Shown here in pieces: positions 9,601 through 19,000 of a stretch of 64,000 nucleotides of DNA (positions are counted from its first letter, which is position 1; the number at the start of each line of letters is the position of its first letter). Location: NCBI GenBank assembly GCA_964608675.1, contig CAZSOZ010000003.1, positions 1 through 64,000 on the forward strand, given 5' to 3'. The stretch comes from an uncultured archaeon (lineage in GTDB: Archaea; Iainarchaeota; Iainarchaeia; Iainarchaeales; 1-14-0-10-31-34). The translations under genes were made by a program, and so were the position numbers. The notes beneath the pieces were generated by a model. The model had not been told where the DNA came from. It was given only the letters and a program-made list of their open reading frames with translations, and ran no database searches.

Positions 9601-12600
9601 TGGAATTGAATTATAATTTAATACGACTCCTTGTTCATAACAAGTATTCCAAACAGTTCCTTCAACAGGCTTTTGTATTATGTCGTTGAAAGTAAAAACT
9701 CTTTTGCTTAAGCTGATGCAGTCATAATAATTTCTTAAAAACTCTGATTCAACTAATACATTATATTTTCTTATTTCTGCAGGAGAATCAGTTGAACTCT
9801 TATGTTTTGCTCTTACAATTAAAGAGTATTGGCCTACAAACATTGTTGGCGTTACTTCAATTGTTTTTGTTCCTCCTTCTTCTAAAATTACAGTTGAATC
9901 TGAAACAGAAATTTCGGGTGCGCCCTCTAATTCAATTTGAACTTCTGCAGGACAGTCATTCCTTATTTCAATTGTTCCTTTTCCTGGTGAATTAAATCCA
10001 AACTGGTAATTTAATGCTGGATTGAATGCAGTTGGATTAGTGTATTGTCCCATATGATAAGTGTGAGGCCATTGCTGGCTTCTCCAGTCTCCTGCTGCAA
10101 CCACATTTTTGTTGTTGAAAACGCTTCCAGGGGAAGCATTTGGATCATAAGGATAATCATAAAAAGGAAAATTCCTGTTTAAAGTAGTTTGAGTATTAGG
10201 ATTAAATAAATAAGGCAAAGTGTTTTGCGGACTCTGTGCAAAGTATTGATTCATATGCCCCCAGCCTTGATTATAGTAATTCATTTGTATTCTCATTTGA
10301 GTTGAAGAAGGCTGTATTCTTAGGCATTCACTTAACTCGCTTATTTGAACTTTTACTTCTATTTTGTCTTTAAGTATTTCTTCTCCTGATTCAGTTGGAT
10401 TAACTGCTTCAAAATAAATTACTGCTGTACTGCTTCCTAATGGAATGTCATCAGGAGAAATCCTTAAAGTCAGGTTTTCTTCTTCTGTATGCGGATTAAA
10501 TGTTTCCGCCAAAACCTTAAATGAATTATTTAAATTAACTGCTTTTGATTCTTCTATTAATGGATTTAATGTGAATTCTCCTATTGCGTTTTCTTTCCAT
10601 ACAACTTTTGCTTTTACATTCTTTAATGCAATGTTTTCTCCTTCCACTGTGCAGGAATTCCTTAAAACAAATTTGTTTTCTCTTGCGTTTCCTTCAGTTA
10701 AAACATTCCATTCATTTGGAAGAACTGCAAAGCAGTCAGGTGAATCAACTTCTCCTCCTAATCCAATTGTTATTTCAATTGGAATGCTTGCAGTCCATTG
10801 TTTTCCTGCTTCAAGGTTTTCAAGCACAATAATTATTTCTCCTTTTATAGAAGTTATTTGAACGGCTTTTCTTCCTTTTTCTGTTAAACCTAAATTAACT
10901 AAAATTTGTTCTTCGCTTCCAATCAACAAATTTGTTTCAGTGAAATCTGAAATTTCTGCGTCAACTAATCCTTTAAAGGAATCAGTTAATTCAACTCCGA
11001 TTATTGTTAACGGCATTTCAGTAATGTTTTTCAGAGTAATATCTCTTGTTATTCTTCTTTCAGGTTTTTTTGCATTAAAAGTTTCTTTTATTTCTGTTGG
11101 CATAAAAGAAACAATGTTTTCTTTTACTTGAATTATTTTTTCTGTTGGATTGAATCCTGCTTTTTCTGCTGTAATAATTATTTCGGTTCCTGCATTTAAT
11201 GGCTCAAAAGAATAAGCATAAATCCCTTTTGAATCTGTTTTTCCGATTGAAATTATTTCGTTGTCTTTTTTTATTTTAACTGTTGCTTCAATTAAATCAT
11301 TTTCTTGTTTCTCAGCTAAATGTACTAATAAATTGTTTTGAATAAACGGCAGTAAATTTTTTGGGGAAGTTTCTATTTTCATGTTTTTTGCCATTGCAAC
11401 TTCTGCTCTGATTGGATTAAACAATATTTTTTCTTTTCCTAAATTCAGGCTTTCTCCAAACAAACTGAAATCAATTCTGTTTGTTCCCTCGCTTTTTGTT
11501 GTAAAATTAATTTTGCCTGAAATTTTTTGTCCTTTGGAAATAGTTCTTGTTGGAATAATTATTTTTCCTTCAGCGTTTTTTTGGATTCCTTCTATTTCAT
11601 ATGAATTTAATTCCAGTCCTTTTCCTTCTATTGCCAGTTCGCTGTTTGAATAACTTTTTTCGTTTATGCTGATTATATTGAATTCTATTTCATAATTGCT
11701 TGAAATTTTTGCCGGAAACGAATCAACAATATTTGTTCTTGTTGCATTTGCTATATCTCTTACTGTAAAGCTTGTGCAAAAGTTTTCTGAACACAAACTT
11801 GATGCCCCAATTTTTAATGGTTCATGCCTTGTTTCTGCATACAATGCCTGTTTTGCTGTAGTGCTTTCTGTTTCCTGTAATTCTTCGTCGAAAGGATCTC
11901 TTTGGTAGCCTGAATCAATTACCCATCCTCTGTAAGCTATTTCTAAAGGAGAACCGCTCAATAAATCTTTTACTTGAATTACTGTTTCAATTTCATATAC
12001 TCCTTCTTGAACGTCATTAAAAATCACATTTGTCCATTTAGCGTTTCCTGAAGTTAAATGGCTTGAATCAATTCCATAACCTGTATTGGGATTAAAGGTT
12101 GTTCCTTTAATTATTTTTGCGTTTGCAGCACTAATTTTTTTAATATACAAATCGTCTTTTTCCATTGTATTATTCTGGTTTTTTGTGTCTTCTCCTGTTC
12201 TTATATGAATTCCTGCTTCATTTGAATAAACTCCTTTTGGAATCATTAATTTAAATACTGCTTTGTATGTTTTTCCCTGATTGACTGTTTCGTCTTCCAG
12301 AGTTTCTCCGTTTAATTTTAGTTCCTCTAATTTTACTGCAAAAGAATTAATTGAATCCTCTAATACAATTGTTTTTTCTTCTGTTCCGTCAAACATTTGA
12401 ATTGGTGCACTAATGTAATTTGAGTGCCCTGATTCATTCACTTCCAAAAAAACTTTTTTGTCTGCTCTTATATTAAAGCTTTTTTTGCCTTCAGTGTCAG
12501 TGGAATATCTTGCATATTCTTTTCCTGTAAAATAATCAATTACTTTTACTGTTGCTGACTGAATTGCCTGTTTTTCTTTATCCAATATAATTACATCCAA

Positions 12601-14115
12601 AGTTCCCTGCCCGATATTCAAAGTAATTGTAATATCCTGAGGTTCTTTTTCTTTTATTGTGATTTTTCGTGAATCTTTTCCTTCAAATCCTCTTTTTTCT
12701 GCACGAATAATGTATTCTCCTTCAGGAACTCTTTCAAACACTGCTTTTCCGTCAAAACCAGTTATTTTTTCTTCTCCAACAATATTCAAAGTTAATGCAT
12801 CTTTTAAGAAAATTTTAGTGTTTTCTACAGGCTGTCCTTTTTCATCCACTACACTTACATTTATTGCTCTTTTATTTGAAGGAGTTGCTTCCTTCAAAAC
12901 AAATTCAAAGTAATCCGCTGAAGGCAAAACATTTTTTGAATCAGAATTCAGATAATCAGGATGAGTGACTGAAGCAGAATAATTAATTTGCTCTGAAACC
13001 TTAAAAATTGCATTACCGCTTGAATCAGTTCTTTTGTCTCTTAATTCTGCTCCATCTTTAAACAATTTAATTAAAGCATTTTCAATTGGATTTCCTTCAA
13101 TGTTTTTTACTTTAATTTTTATTTCTCCTATTATTCCTTCCTCTAAAACAATTTCAAATTCTTGATTCATGTTGTTTGAATTAATTGTCAAAGTTGTTGT
13201 TTGTTCCCTTGAATCATAATCTTTCCATTTTCCTGTCCAGTCGGTTGTTCTAATATAATAAGTTCCGAATGAAACTTCTGCTGAACACATTCCATTATAA
13301 GTTGAACAAGAATTTTCTTCTATTGTGCTTCCGATTGGAAGAGCCATTGCTTCTATTCCATTCAATAAATTTCCTTGTTTGTCCATTACAGTGAAATCAA
13401 TTATTCCTTTTTCTGTTTCATTTTCTTCCAAATAAATTTTGATTAAAGAAGTGTCTGCAGTAAAATCACAGTCTTCGCAGGTTTTTCCGAATGGTTCAGC
13501 TAAAATTGTTCCGCAGTCTGCAGGAACATCATTTAATTGAGTTGAACCAGTGTTTACGGTTATTGTTTCATTCCATTCGTTGTTCTGGGAACAATTAAAT
13601 CTTACAGTTAATTCTTCTTCAAGGAGTTCGTTTCCTTTTCCTAAAAGCTGGACTTCAATTGGCTGCATTACGCTTGGATTTAATTCAATTGTTCCGCTTT
13701 TTTTTTCTGCATCAAATTTTTTTGTTTCTTTTTTGAATCCTGTTTTTTCTGCGCTGACAGTAAACTCTTTTCCAATAACAACATTTAATTCAGCTTTTCC
13801 GTCTTCATTTGTCTGAACAATTTTTTTTTCTTCATTAACATAATAAGTTATTACTGCGTCTTCAACAGGAACGCTTCCATCATTTACAGTTAATTCAAAT
13901 GAAGTGGTTGTTTGAAGAATGCCTTCTCCTGACAAAATAAAATAAATTCCGGTTAAAAGTGCAAGCAGTAAAATCAAAAAAACAGGAAAGGAAGGAATGC
14001 TTTTTGATTCAATAAAATCAATGGCTTTATATACAGGAATTCCTGCTTTATCCAAGCCATCCATTAAATCATAATATTTTTCTTCTATTCCGGAATAAAT
14101 CTCTTTTACACCCAT
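6610..14115 (-). CDS. Giant membrane-anchored surface protein (2501 aa), paralog 2
   Basis: Same N-terminal motif (EEKYY..PVYK.ID..PSF) plus TM helix; Ig-like/carboxypeptidase-regulatory-like repeats; GIHIRTG, RDPFDE..KQALYA, KIKLDW.W, YCDSTQ and IPFDG motifs match the other paralogs. Confidence 0.85.
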   Translation of the reverse strand: MGVKEIYSGIEEKYYDLMDGLDKAGIPVYKAIDFIESKSIPSFPVFLILLLALLTGIYFILSGEGILQTTTSFELTVNDGSVPVEDAVITYYVNEEKKIVQTNEDGKAELNVVIGKEFTVSAEKTGFKKETKKFDAEKKSGTIELNPSVMQPIEVQLLGKGNELLEEELTVRFNCSQNNEWNETITVNTGSTQLNDVPADCGTILAEPFGKTCEDCDFTADTSLIKIYLEENETEKGIIDFTVMDKQGNLLNGIEAMALPIGSTIEENSCSTYNGMCSAEVSFGTYYIRTTDWTGKWKDYDSREQTTTLTINSNNMNQEFEIVLEEGIIGEIKIKVKNIEGNPIENALIKLFKDGAELRDKRTDSSGNAIFKVSEQINYSASVTHPDYLNSDSKNVLPSADYFEFVLKEATPSNKRAINVSVVDEKGQPVENTKIFLKDALTLNIVGEEKITGFDGKAVFERVPEGEYIIRAEKRGFEGKDSRKITIKEKEPQDITITLNIGQGTLDVIILDKEKQAIQSATVKVIDYFTGKEYARYSTDTEGKKSFNIRADKKVFLEVNESGHSNYISAPIQMFDGTEEKTIVLEDSINSFAVKLEELKLNGETLEDETVNQGKTYKAVFKLMIPKGVYSNEAGIHIRTGEDTKNQNNTMEKDDLYIKKISAANAKIIKGTTFNPNTGYGIDSSHLTSGNAKWTNVIFNDVQEGVYEIETVIQVKDLLSGSPLEIAYRGWVIDSGYQRDPFDEELQETESTTAKQALYAETRHEPLKIGASSLCSENFCTSFTVRDIANATRTNIVDSFPAKISSNYEIEFNIISINEKSYSNSELAIEGKGLELNSYEIEGIQKNAEGKIIIPTRTISKGQKISGKINFTTKSEGTNRIDFSLFGESLNLGKEKILFNPIRAEVAMAKNMKIETSPKNLLPFIQNNLLVHLAEKQENDLIEATVKIKKDNEIISIGKTDSKGIYAYSFEPLNAGTEIIITAEKAGFNPTEKIIQVKENIVSFMPTEIKETFNAKKPERRITRDITLKNITEMPLTIIGVELTDSFKGLVDAEISDFTETNLLIGSEEQILVNLGLTEKGRKAVQITSIKGEIIIVLENLEAGKQWTASIPIEITIGLGGEVDSPDCFAVLPNEWNVLTEGNARENKFVLRNSCTVEGENIALKNVKAKVVWKENAIGEFTLNPLIEESKAVNLNNSFKVLAETFNPHTEEENLTLRISPDDIPLGSSTAVIYFEAVNPTESGEEILKDKIEVKVQISELSECLRIQPSSTQMRIQMNYYNQGWGHMNQYFAQSPQNTLPYLFNPNTQTTLNRNFPFYDYPYDPNASPGSVFNNKNVVAAGDWRSQQWPHTYHMGQYTNPTAFNPALNYQFGFNSPGKGTIEIRNDCPAEVQIELEGAPEISVSDSTVILEEGGTKTIEVTPTMFVGQYSLIVRAKHKSSTDSPAEIRKYNVLVESEFLRNYYDCISLSKRVFTFNDIIQKPVEGTVWNTCYEQGVVLNYNSIPRDLSGAVNYGFPFDYEQGQKKLGNSGIIDSIEIIQLINRPGQDGKIIQELKFRMRKNLAYRPEQVNLPDADNPLIELANLRIKLTGLYYAVEAEERLPVTFYNRTGTQEIIPFDIIIEDLWGLAGQDIINFGNPETAHQQCIEEGALSFIKPIKNGTNEKGCFEDAVFENGILKIDSQTVIKKSKQFCGDTDRISRIINNKIELDSGIILLFSVENGDQIKVNVDKRNMTCNPGKIENTLYLRLSRANPAETRTVSIPYEICLDIEGFNECTEKPLTPEQEECKAKTKEGEDAGEKIKEITDDDSKDRKEKIRLIILLLKEICDGLTEDQIKEIAEYLVPEETPAEMKACEQGGFTGETAFKKYGFDKIKLDWDWDNISAEECDTGKTYCDSTQLGIELTKKAERINELKTIELDDLCQGYCEEDVKDSKNLFRFLINQTKIKDDITEKEFVFFVNKNNSIIAGKKFNSNELTGNLTNINLIAEWLEGNLSGNAKTVNELVDDIITEIENNSELNEESIIGEIDSSKIDKEKFIDIGGDLIERSTTKYAITFNEYKAFRNKLKACIKLNEKAEECEINKVKNKTTGTTGIDISFMKNLQENIEFKVGIRNIKEISEEEKTKIMKEGKTRISEVSSLEEFYNENIEFEVYLKADGLTDDFKEDFESEYPESKEHNFKEWEFKTKKPNKSFESGKHKIVLNYSWADKRKNTETELNLEEKLGSFYAENYLFKIPFDGKTGVNEFTQREGYGTEYGLNSSVNDIYLTSEINLKENKSGVNTAFKKLTDTEKKEKFAETRNAGIIYISETEFEFTPSKAIGLKAGLASAGQKGVFYDLIKGAKEDEDKRIGLSAGHEKELNYLFEWIPSEKKDSKQKESQLNNTSECKSERFGVIFSSGAEETQKVLSFVPVNWAYTFAKHCNKGITEMKGYAFDYEGTAEEYSLPETTTFSSEIEPSINSKTSIKKWITDIKSENVCFETNETEFSLEWNKTKLMKEIN

Positions 14116-14177
14116 AAATACCTTTCCCCTTGCAATTATGTTTACGTTGTATAAATAATTACTTTTGTGTATTTAAT

Positions 14178-14193
14178 TCTTTATATAGTTTTG
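14178..14193 (-). promoter_or_regulatory. Putative archaeal BRE/TATA promoter for the paralog 2-paralog 1 operon
   Basis: Minus strand reads AAAACTATATAAAG about 65 bp upstream of the 14115 start. Confidence 0.45.
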
Positions 14194-14221
14194 TCTTTTT
14201 TTTATTTTAATTTCGTTTAAT

Positions 14222-16015
14222 TCAGCTTAAAGGTTTGCATCCTCCGGTGCTTTCTCCTATGCCGAAATCAGTTCCTTCGCTGAATTCATATCTTTCACAA
14301 ATCCATTCATTTCTGTTGCAGGAATTGTTTGTTTCATTTTGCAGTCCGCAGGTTGTGCTGTTAACAAAAAATTGTTTTGTTTGATGAAATTTTTCTTCAG
14401 TTGAATTTGGAGTAAATTTGTTGTCAACAATTTTAATTACATAAACTGGTTCTTTTGTTTTGTCTATAATATAATTCTTGTTTTTTTCTTTGAATGCAAT
14501 GTTCACTTCAACTTTTGTTACTTCAGTGCAGGTTCCGTAATCTGCACTATAGTTGTCTGAAAAATCAGAAAAGCAAGGGCTGTCTTCTGAAGTCTTCTGA
14601 ATTACTTCTCCTTGTTCATTTAATCCTATTCCATATTTTCCCCATGCATTCCCCCATTCCATAGGACAGCTTCCATCAACATTTGCTCCATAAGAATATT
14701 CTGTTGCATTATCTAATTGAATGCTGTTAATTCCTTTTTGATTTATTTTAACTGAATTTCTTGCCCAGTCTTCTATTTTAATTGAAACAGAACTTTGGTT
14801 TGAAAGCATGCATGAAAAAGCAGAAGAAGAAATATTTTCTGCTTCATCCAAAATGAATTCATCTTTTGTTCCGTTTACTTTTGGGTCAAGATAATTTTCT
14901 GATGAATAATTGTTTCTTATAATTTCGCATAATCTTCTTGCAGTTAATTCCCTTAAAGCCTGCTGTTCGCTTGTTCTGTTTCCCATTAAAAATTCATCTA
15001 TTACAGGAATTTGCTGGTCTGCTTCTTGTTCAGTGCACATTCCTCTTTCTGCCATGCTTGAACTGCAAAAAATTTCTGTTTGTGTTTGATAAGCGTTTCC
15101 TGAAGGGCAGGGAACATCCATGTTTTTTTTTAGCGGAGAAACAAAAGGATTTTTTCTTATATTGCAGTACCCTGGATCACAGAAACCTAATTTCATTTCT
15201 TCTATTTCGTTGTGAATTCTTAAAGAAAACAACCCGTAATTTTCTTTCCATGTGTTTGCTTCTTCTTTTTCAAACTCTAATGCCAGTGCTCTGGATTCAG
15301 CCAAAGCTTTAAACAACCTGATTGGAATATAAATTTTTATGTTTCCTTTTGGAAAAATTGATTCCTGCAAAACCCTGTCAGTTCTTGGATTATAAATTTT
15401 TATTTGTGGAAAAGATTCATAGGTTTCCTCACTTATTTCTTCTATTTTTAAATTCAAATAAAATGTTCCAATACAATTTTTTGGGTTTCCGTTTTCGCAT
15501 TCAACTACTTCAAAAAAATTTCCTGAATCAACGCTTTTTTCAAACATTTTTTGCAGGGATTCAGTTAAAATTCTTCTCTGTTCTTCTGAAGTTTTTCCTT
15601 TATGAACTATTGAAATTTCATAAGGTCCCACAAACCTTTTTTGAGGCCATGATTCAATTAATGCATTGCTGATTTGCTCTGTGAATGCTGTTCCTCCTCC
15701 TGCTCCAAAAAATCTTTCTCCAAAGCGTTCTTTCATTTCATTAAAAGAGTCATCCAAAGGATAAATTGTTATTTCATTTTGTTGTACAAAAAAATATGAT
15801 TCCATTGTTTTTCTTAAAGAATAATTAAATGTCTGCAGTGCTTCTGCCCTGCTTAAGTCTGCCATTGCCTGCATTTCTGCTTGTTCTTCTATATTAGAAA
15901 TTAATTCTGTTCTGTCTCTTTCTGCTTTAATCATTGTCTGAACAATCATTGCAGTCAATAAAATTAATACAAATGAAACCAAAGCAGTAAACAAAGTGAA
16001 TCCTTTTTTATTCAT
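14222..16015 (-). CDS. Large Cys-rich pilin-like protein with class III signal peptide (597 aa)
   Basis: N-terminus MNKKG|FTLFTALVSFVLILLTAMIV fits a type IV prepilin cleavage site plus hydrophobic helix; many Cys in the C-terminal part. Confidence 0.75.
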   Translation of the reverse strand: MNKKGFTLFTALVSFVLILLTAMIVQTMIKAERDRTELISNIEEQAEMQAMADLSRAEALQTFNYSLRKTMESYFFVQQNEITIYPLDDSFNEMKERFGERFFGAGGGTAFTEQISNALIESWPQKRFVGPYEISIVHKGKTSEEQRRILTESLQKMFEKSVDSGNFFEVVECENGNPKNCIGTFYLNLKIEEISEETYESFPQIKIYNPRTDRVLQESIFPKGNIKIYIPIRLFKALAESRALALEFEKEEANTWKENYGLFSLRIHNEIEEMKLGFCDPGYCNIRKNPFVSPLKKNMDVPCPSGNAYQTQTEIFCSSSMAERGMCTEQEADQQIPVIDEFLMGNRTSEQQALRELTARRLCEIIRNNYSSENYLDPKVNGTKDEFILDEAENISSSAFSCMLSNQSSVSIKIEDWARNSVKINQKGINSIQLDNATEYSYGANVDGSCPMEWGNAWGKYGIGLNEQGEVIQKTSEDSPCFSDFSDNYSADYGTCTEVTKVEVNIAFKEKNKNYIIDKTKEPVYVIKIVDNKFTPNSTEEKFHQTKQFFVNSTTCGLQNETNNSCNRNEWICERYEFSEGTDFGIGESTGGCKPLS

Positions 16016-16049
16016 TCATATTCCTTTAGTTTTATTGTTTTTTTATTCT

Positions 16050-19000
16050 TTACTCGTTTTTTTCTTTTATTGCTTTTTGGTATATTTCAATTAGTTCCTG
16101 GCTTAACATTTCCGGTTCTGATTCACATGAATCTGAATCAAGTCTTTCTGAATTCTTTATGTTTGCTAAATTTTCGGATGCAACTTCAGAATAAGTGTAA
16201 ATTGGTTTTCCTGTATTATATCCTGCTTTTATTTTAACTTTGTATGTTTTTCCTTTTTCAAATTCTATTGCATTTAATTCTGCTTCAGGTTCATTGATTT
16301 TGTCATAGTCGCCCATTAATGCATTTGCAAGCATCCATCCTGCTATTCCTCCAGCCATTGTTCCTCCGCTTCTCAAAAGCCCTTTGGCAAGCCTTGACCA
16401 TTTCGGATTTTTTGCTGAAAATGCTTCCAGTTTTGTTTGTTTGGAAACTGCTTGTTCTTGTCCTAATTGTTTTGTTATTGCTTTTTGTGATGCTCCTGAA
16501 GGGGCTTTTATTGTTTTTTTTGCTTGACTGATGTCATCAACTGTTTTATCTACAAACTTGTTTTTCATTTCTAAAAGTTTTTTTCCTTCAGGGGTTGCAG
16601 GATTTGCTTTTGCATCAACTTTTGCTCCCCAGTCTTCAATTCTTTTTATTAATCCTGTTTCAGCGTCTCCTGCGATTCCGTCAATTATAAAAGAAGGATT
16701 TCTTCCGCTTCCAAGCCCTCCGACAGTATTTCTAAATGTTTCATCTACAAACATTTGAGCATTAATTCCTCTTCCCTGAACTCTTGTTTTTCCTATAGCT
16801 TTAATTAATTCATCATAAGCTGAATCAAATCCAGTATAATTAGGATCGGTTATTCCTTCTATTAAAATTCTTTTAGATCCTGTTATAGGCACTTTTATTT
16901 CAATAAATCTTTTTCCGGCAACATCAATTGTTTTTCTGAATCCAGGCACTTTAATTGGCTTTGCTGTGTCTGCATAAGTTCCTATTTTTGTTATTTCTGT
17001 TTTTGTTAAAGTTTTTTTGGCGCCATTGTATCCTGAAATATCTTTTTTTATTAATGAAAATTCGTCAATTAATTCTTTGTCTCCGATTGAAGCTAAAGCG
17101 TCTGCGGTTTCTTTTGCTTTTTTTGCTTCCTCGCTTAAAGGAAGAACATTTTTTATAGTTTCTTTTGCGCCTTGATTGATTGCATGAAGTTTAACGGTTT
17201 CCCTGAAAAACTCGTCGTTGCTTAATCCTGTTCCTTTTTGGACTTCTTCTAGTTCGCCTGCATCAATTCCTATTGATTTTAATCCTGTTTTAAATGAATT
17301 TTCAGTTATTTCTTTTACTTCTTTTCCTGAAGAAAAAGCAGCAATTCCTATTGCAGGAGCTGTTCCAAAAAGCATTTCTTTTGCAATCATTCCTGCTCCA
17401 AGGGTTCCGCCTGTTGCTGCAGCAGTAATTGCAAACCCTGCAATAGAACCTATTCCGTATCCAACCAAACCCCATGCTTTTCTTTCATTTATCTGGCTTT
17501 GCCTTTGAGCTGAAGGGCTTTCTTTTGGATGCTTTAAATAATATGCATTCATTAAAACTTCAAACGGAATTTTGTTTGGTTCTCCCTTCCAGTCAATTGT
17601 TGCATAATAGTTTCCGGGCTTGCTTATTTCTTTGCTTCTTTCAATGAATTCAATTGGGCTGATTGAACATACTCCAAACTGCAGGGTTTTTTCTTTTAAT
17701 CCTGTGACATTTAATTTTAATTTAGAGTTTTTTGCCAGCCTTGGGTTTTCTGAGCCAGTAAAACAAAGCTTGAATTCAAATTCATAGTTTGTGCCTGCTT
17801 CCTTCCATTCCACGTTGTTTAAATTAAATTCTGTTTCTCCTTTGTTGGTTATTTCTCTTCCGTCAGAATACTTAAAGACGGTTTCATTTTTTTGTATTCC
17901 CTGCAGGTTTTCATTAACAAAATCAAGAGAAAGTTCTGCTTCAGGAGCATTTAATTTGCTTGACATTTTTAAGTCAACACAGTTTTCTGCATTAGGATAA
18001 AGATTAACAAAGTTTTCTGTTTCTATCCACTTCAAGTTTGCTATTTCAGAAATATTTTTAACTGAACCTAAAATCAAATAATCCATTTCACTTGAAATGC
18101 ATCCTTGTTCTATTTTTCCGTTTTTCAGGTTTGAAATAATTAAGCCTGCTTCTCCTGCAATATCGTTTTGTATTTCTTCGCTTGAATTAAAATACTTATC
18201 AGTTATGTATACGTCTATTTGTTTTGGTGTATTGCTTGCTCCGCTTCTTTCTATTTCTATTTTTACTATTCCTTTTGTTTGATCAAAGCTTCCTTTGCTT
18301 ACTCTTATTAAATTATTTTCCTGATTTTGTGTTACTCTTGCTCCTTGATTGTCTTTGAATAAGGTTTTTGAAAAACTTTTTTGGAGTTCTTCTATTTCAG
18401 GATTTCTTATTATTAATCCAAGCCAGCTTCCGTTTCTTCTGCTTGGACTGTAGTCTTCGTTTACCGGCAGAAAGTTCATGAAATTTTGTATTCTGTTATA
18501 GCATTCTGGTGTTTCTTCTCTGCTTCCTTCAATTTTTAACAGCAGGCTGACTGAATCTTTTCTTATTTCGTTTCCGTTTACTGCTACTGCTCCAATAAAT
18601 TTTGCCTGATATCTTCCGCATCCTCTTATTGACGGCAGTAACAGCAAATGTTCTCCGAATGATTTTCCTGCTGTTGAATACAATTCTTGTTCTGTTTCAC
18701 CGTGCCTTATATACAGGCTTTGTATTTCTTTTGCTCCTAATTTTTTTATTTCGCTTTCAAGCATGCTTGTTGTTAAATTATCGTTTTTGAAATAAAATTC
18801 AAATGATTCTGTTGTTATTCCCATTGCTCCGAATGAACAATAATCTTCAATTAAATTGCATTTTGCTCCTAAATTTTCAACGCTTTTTACATCTGATATT
18901 CTTAACTGCGCTTTTCTTAATTCTTCTTCTATTTTTTCTGCTAAAAATCTTCCTAATTGTTGTGCATCACAGTAGCCTTGTCCGCAGTTTTCTGACTGCT

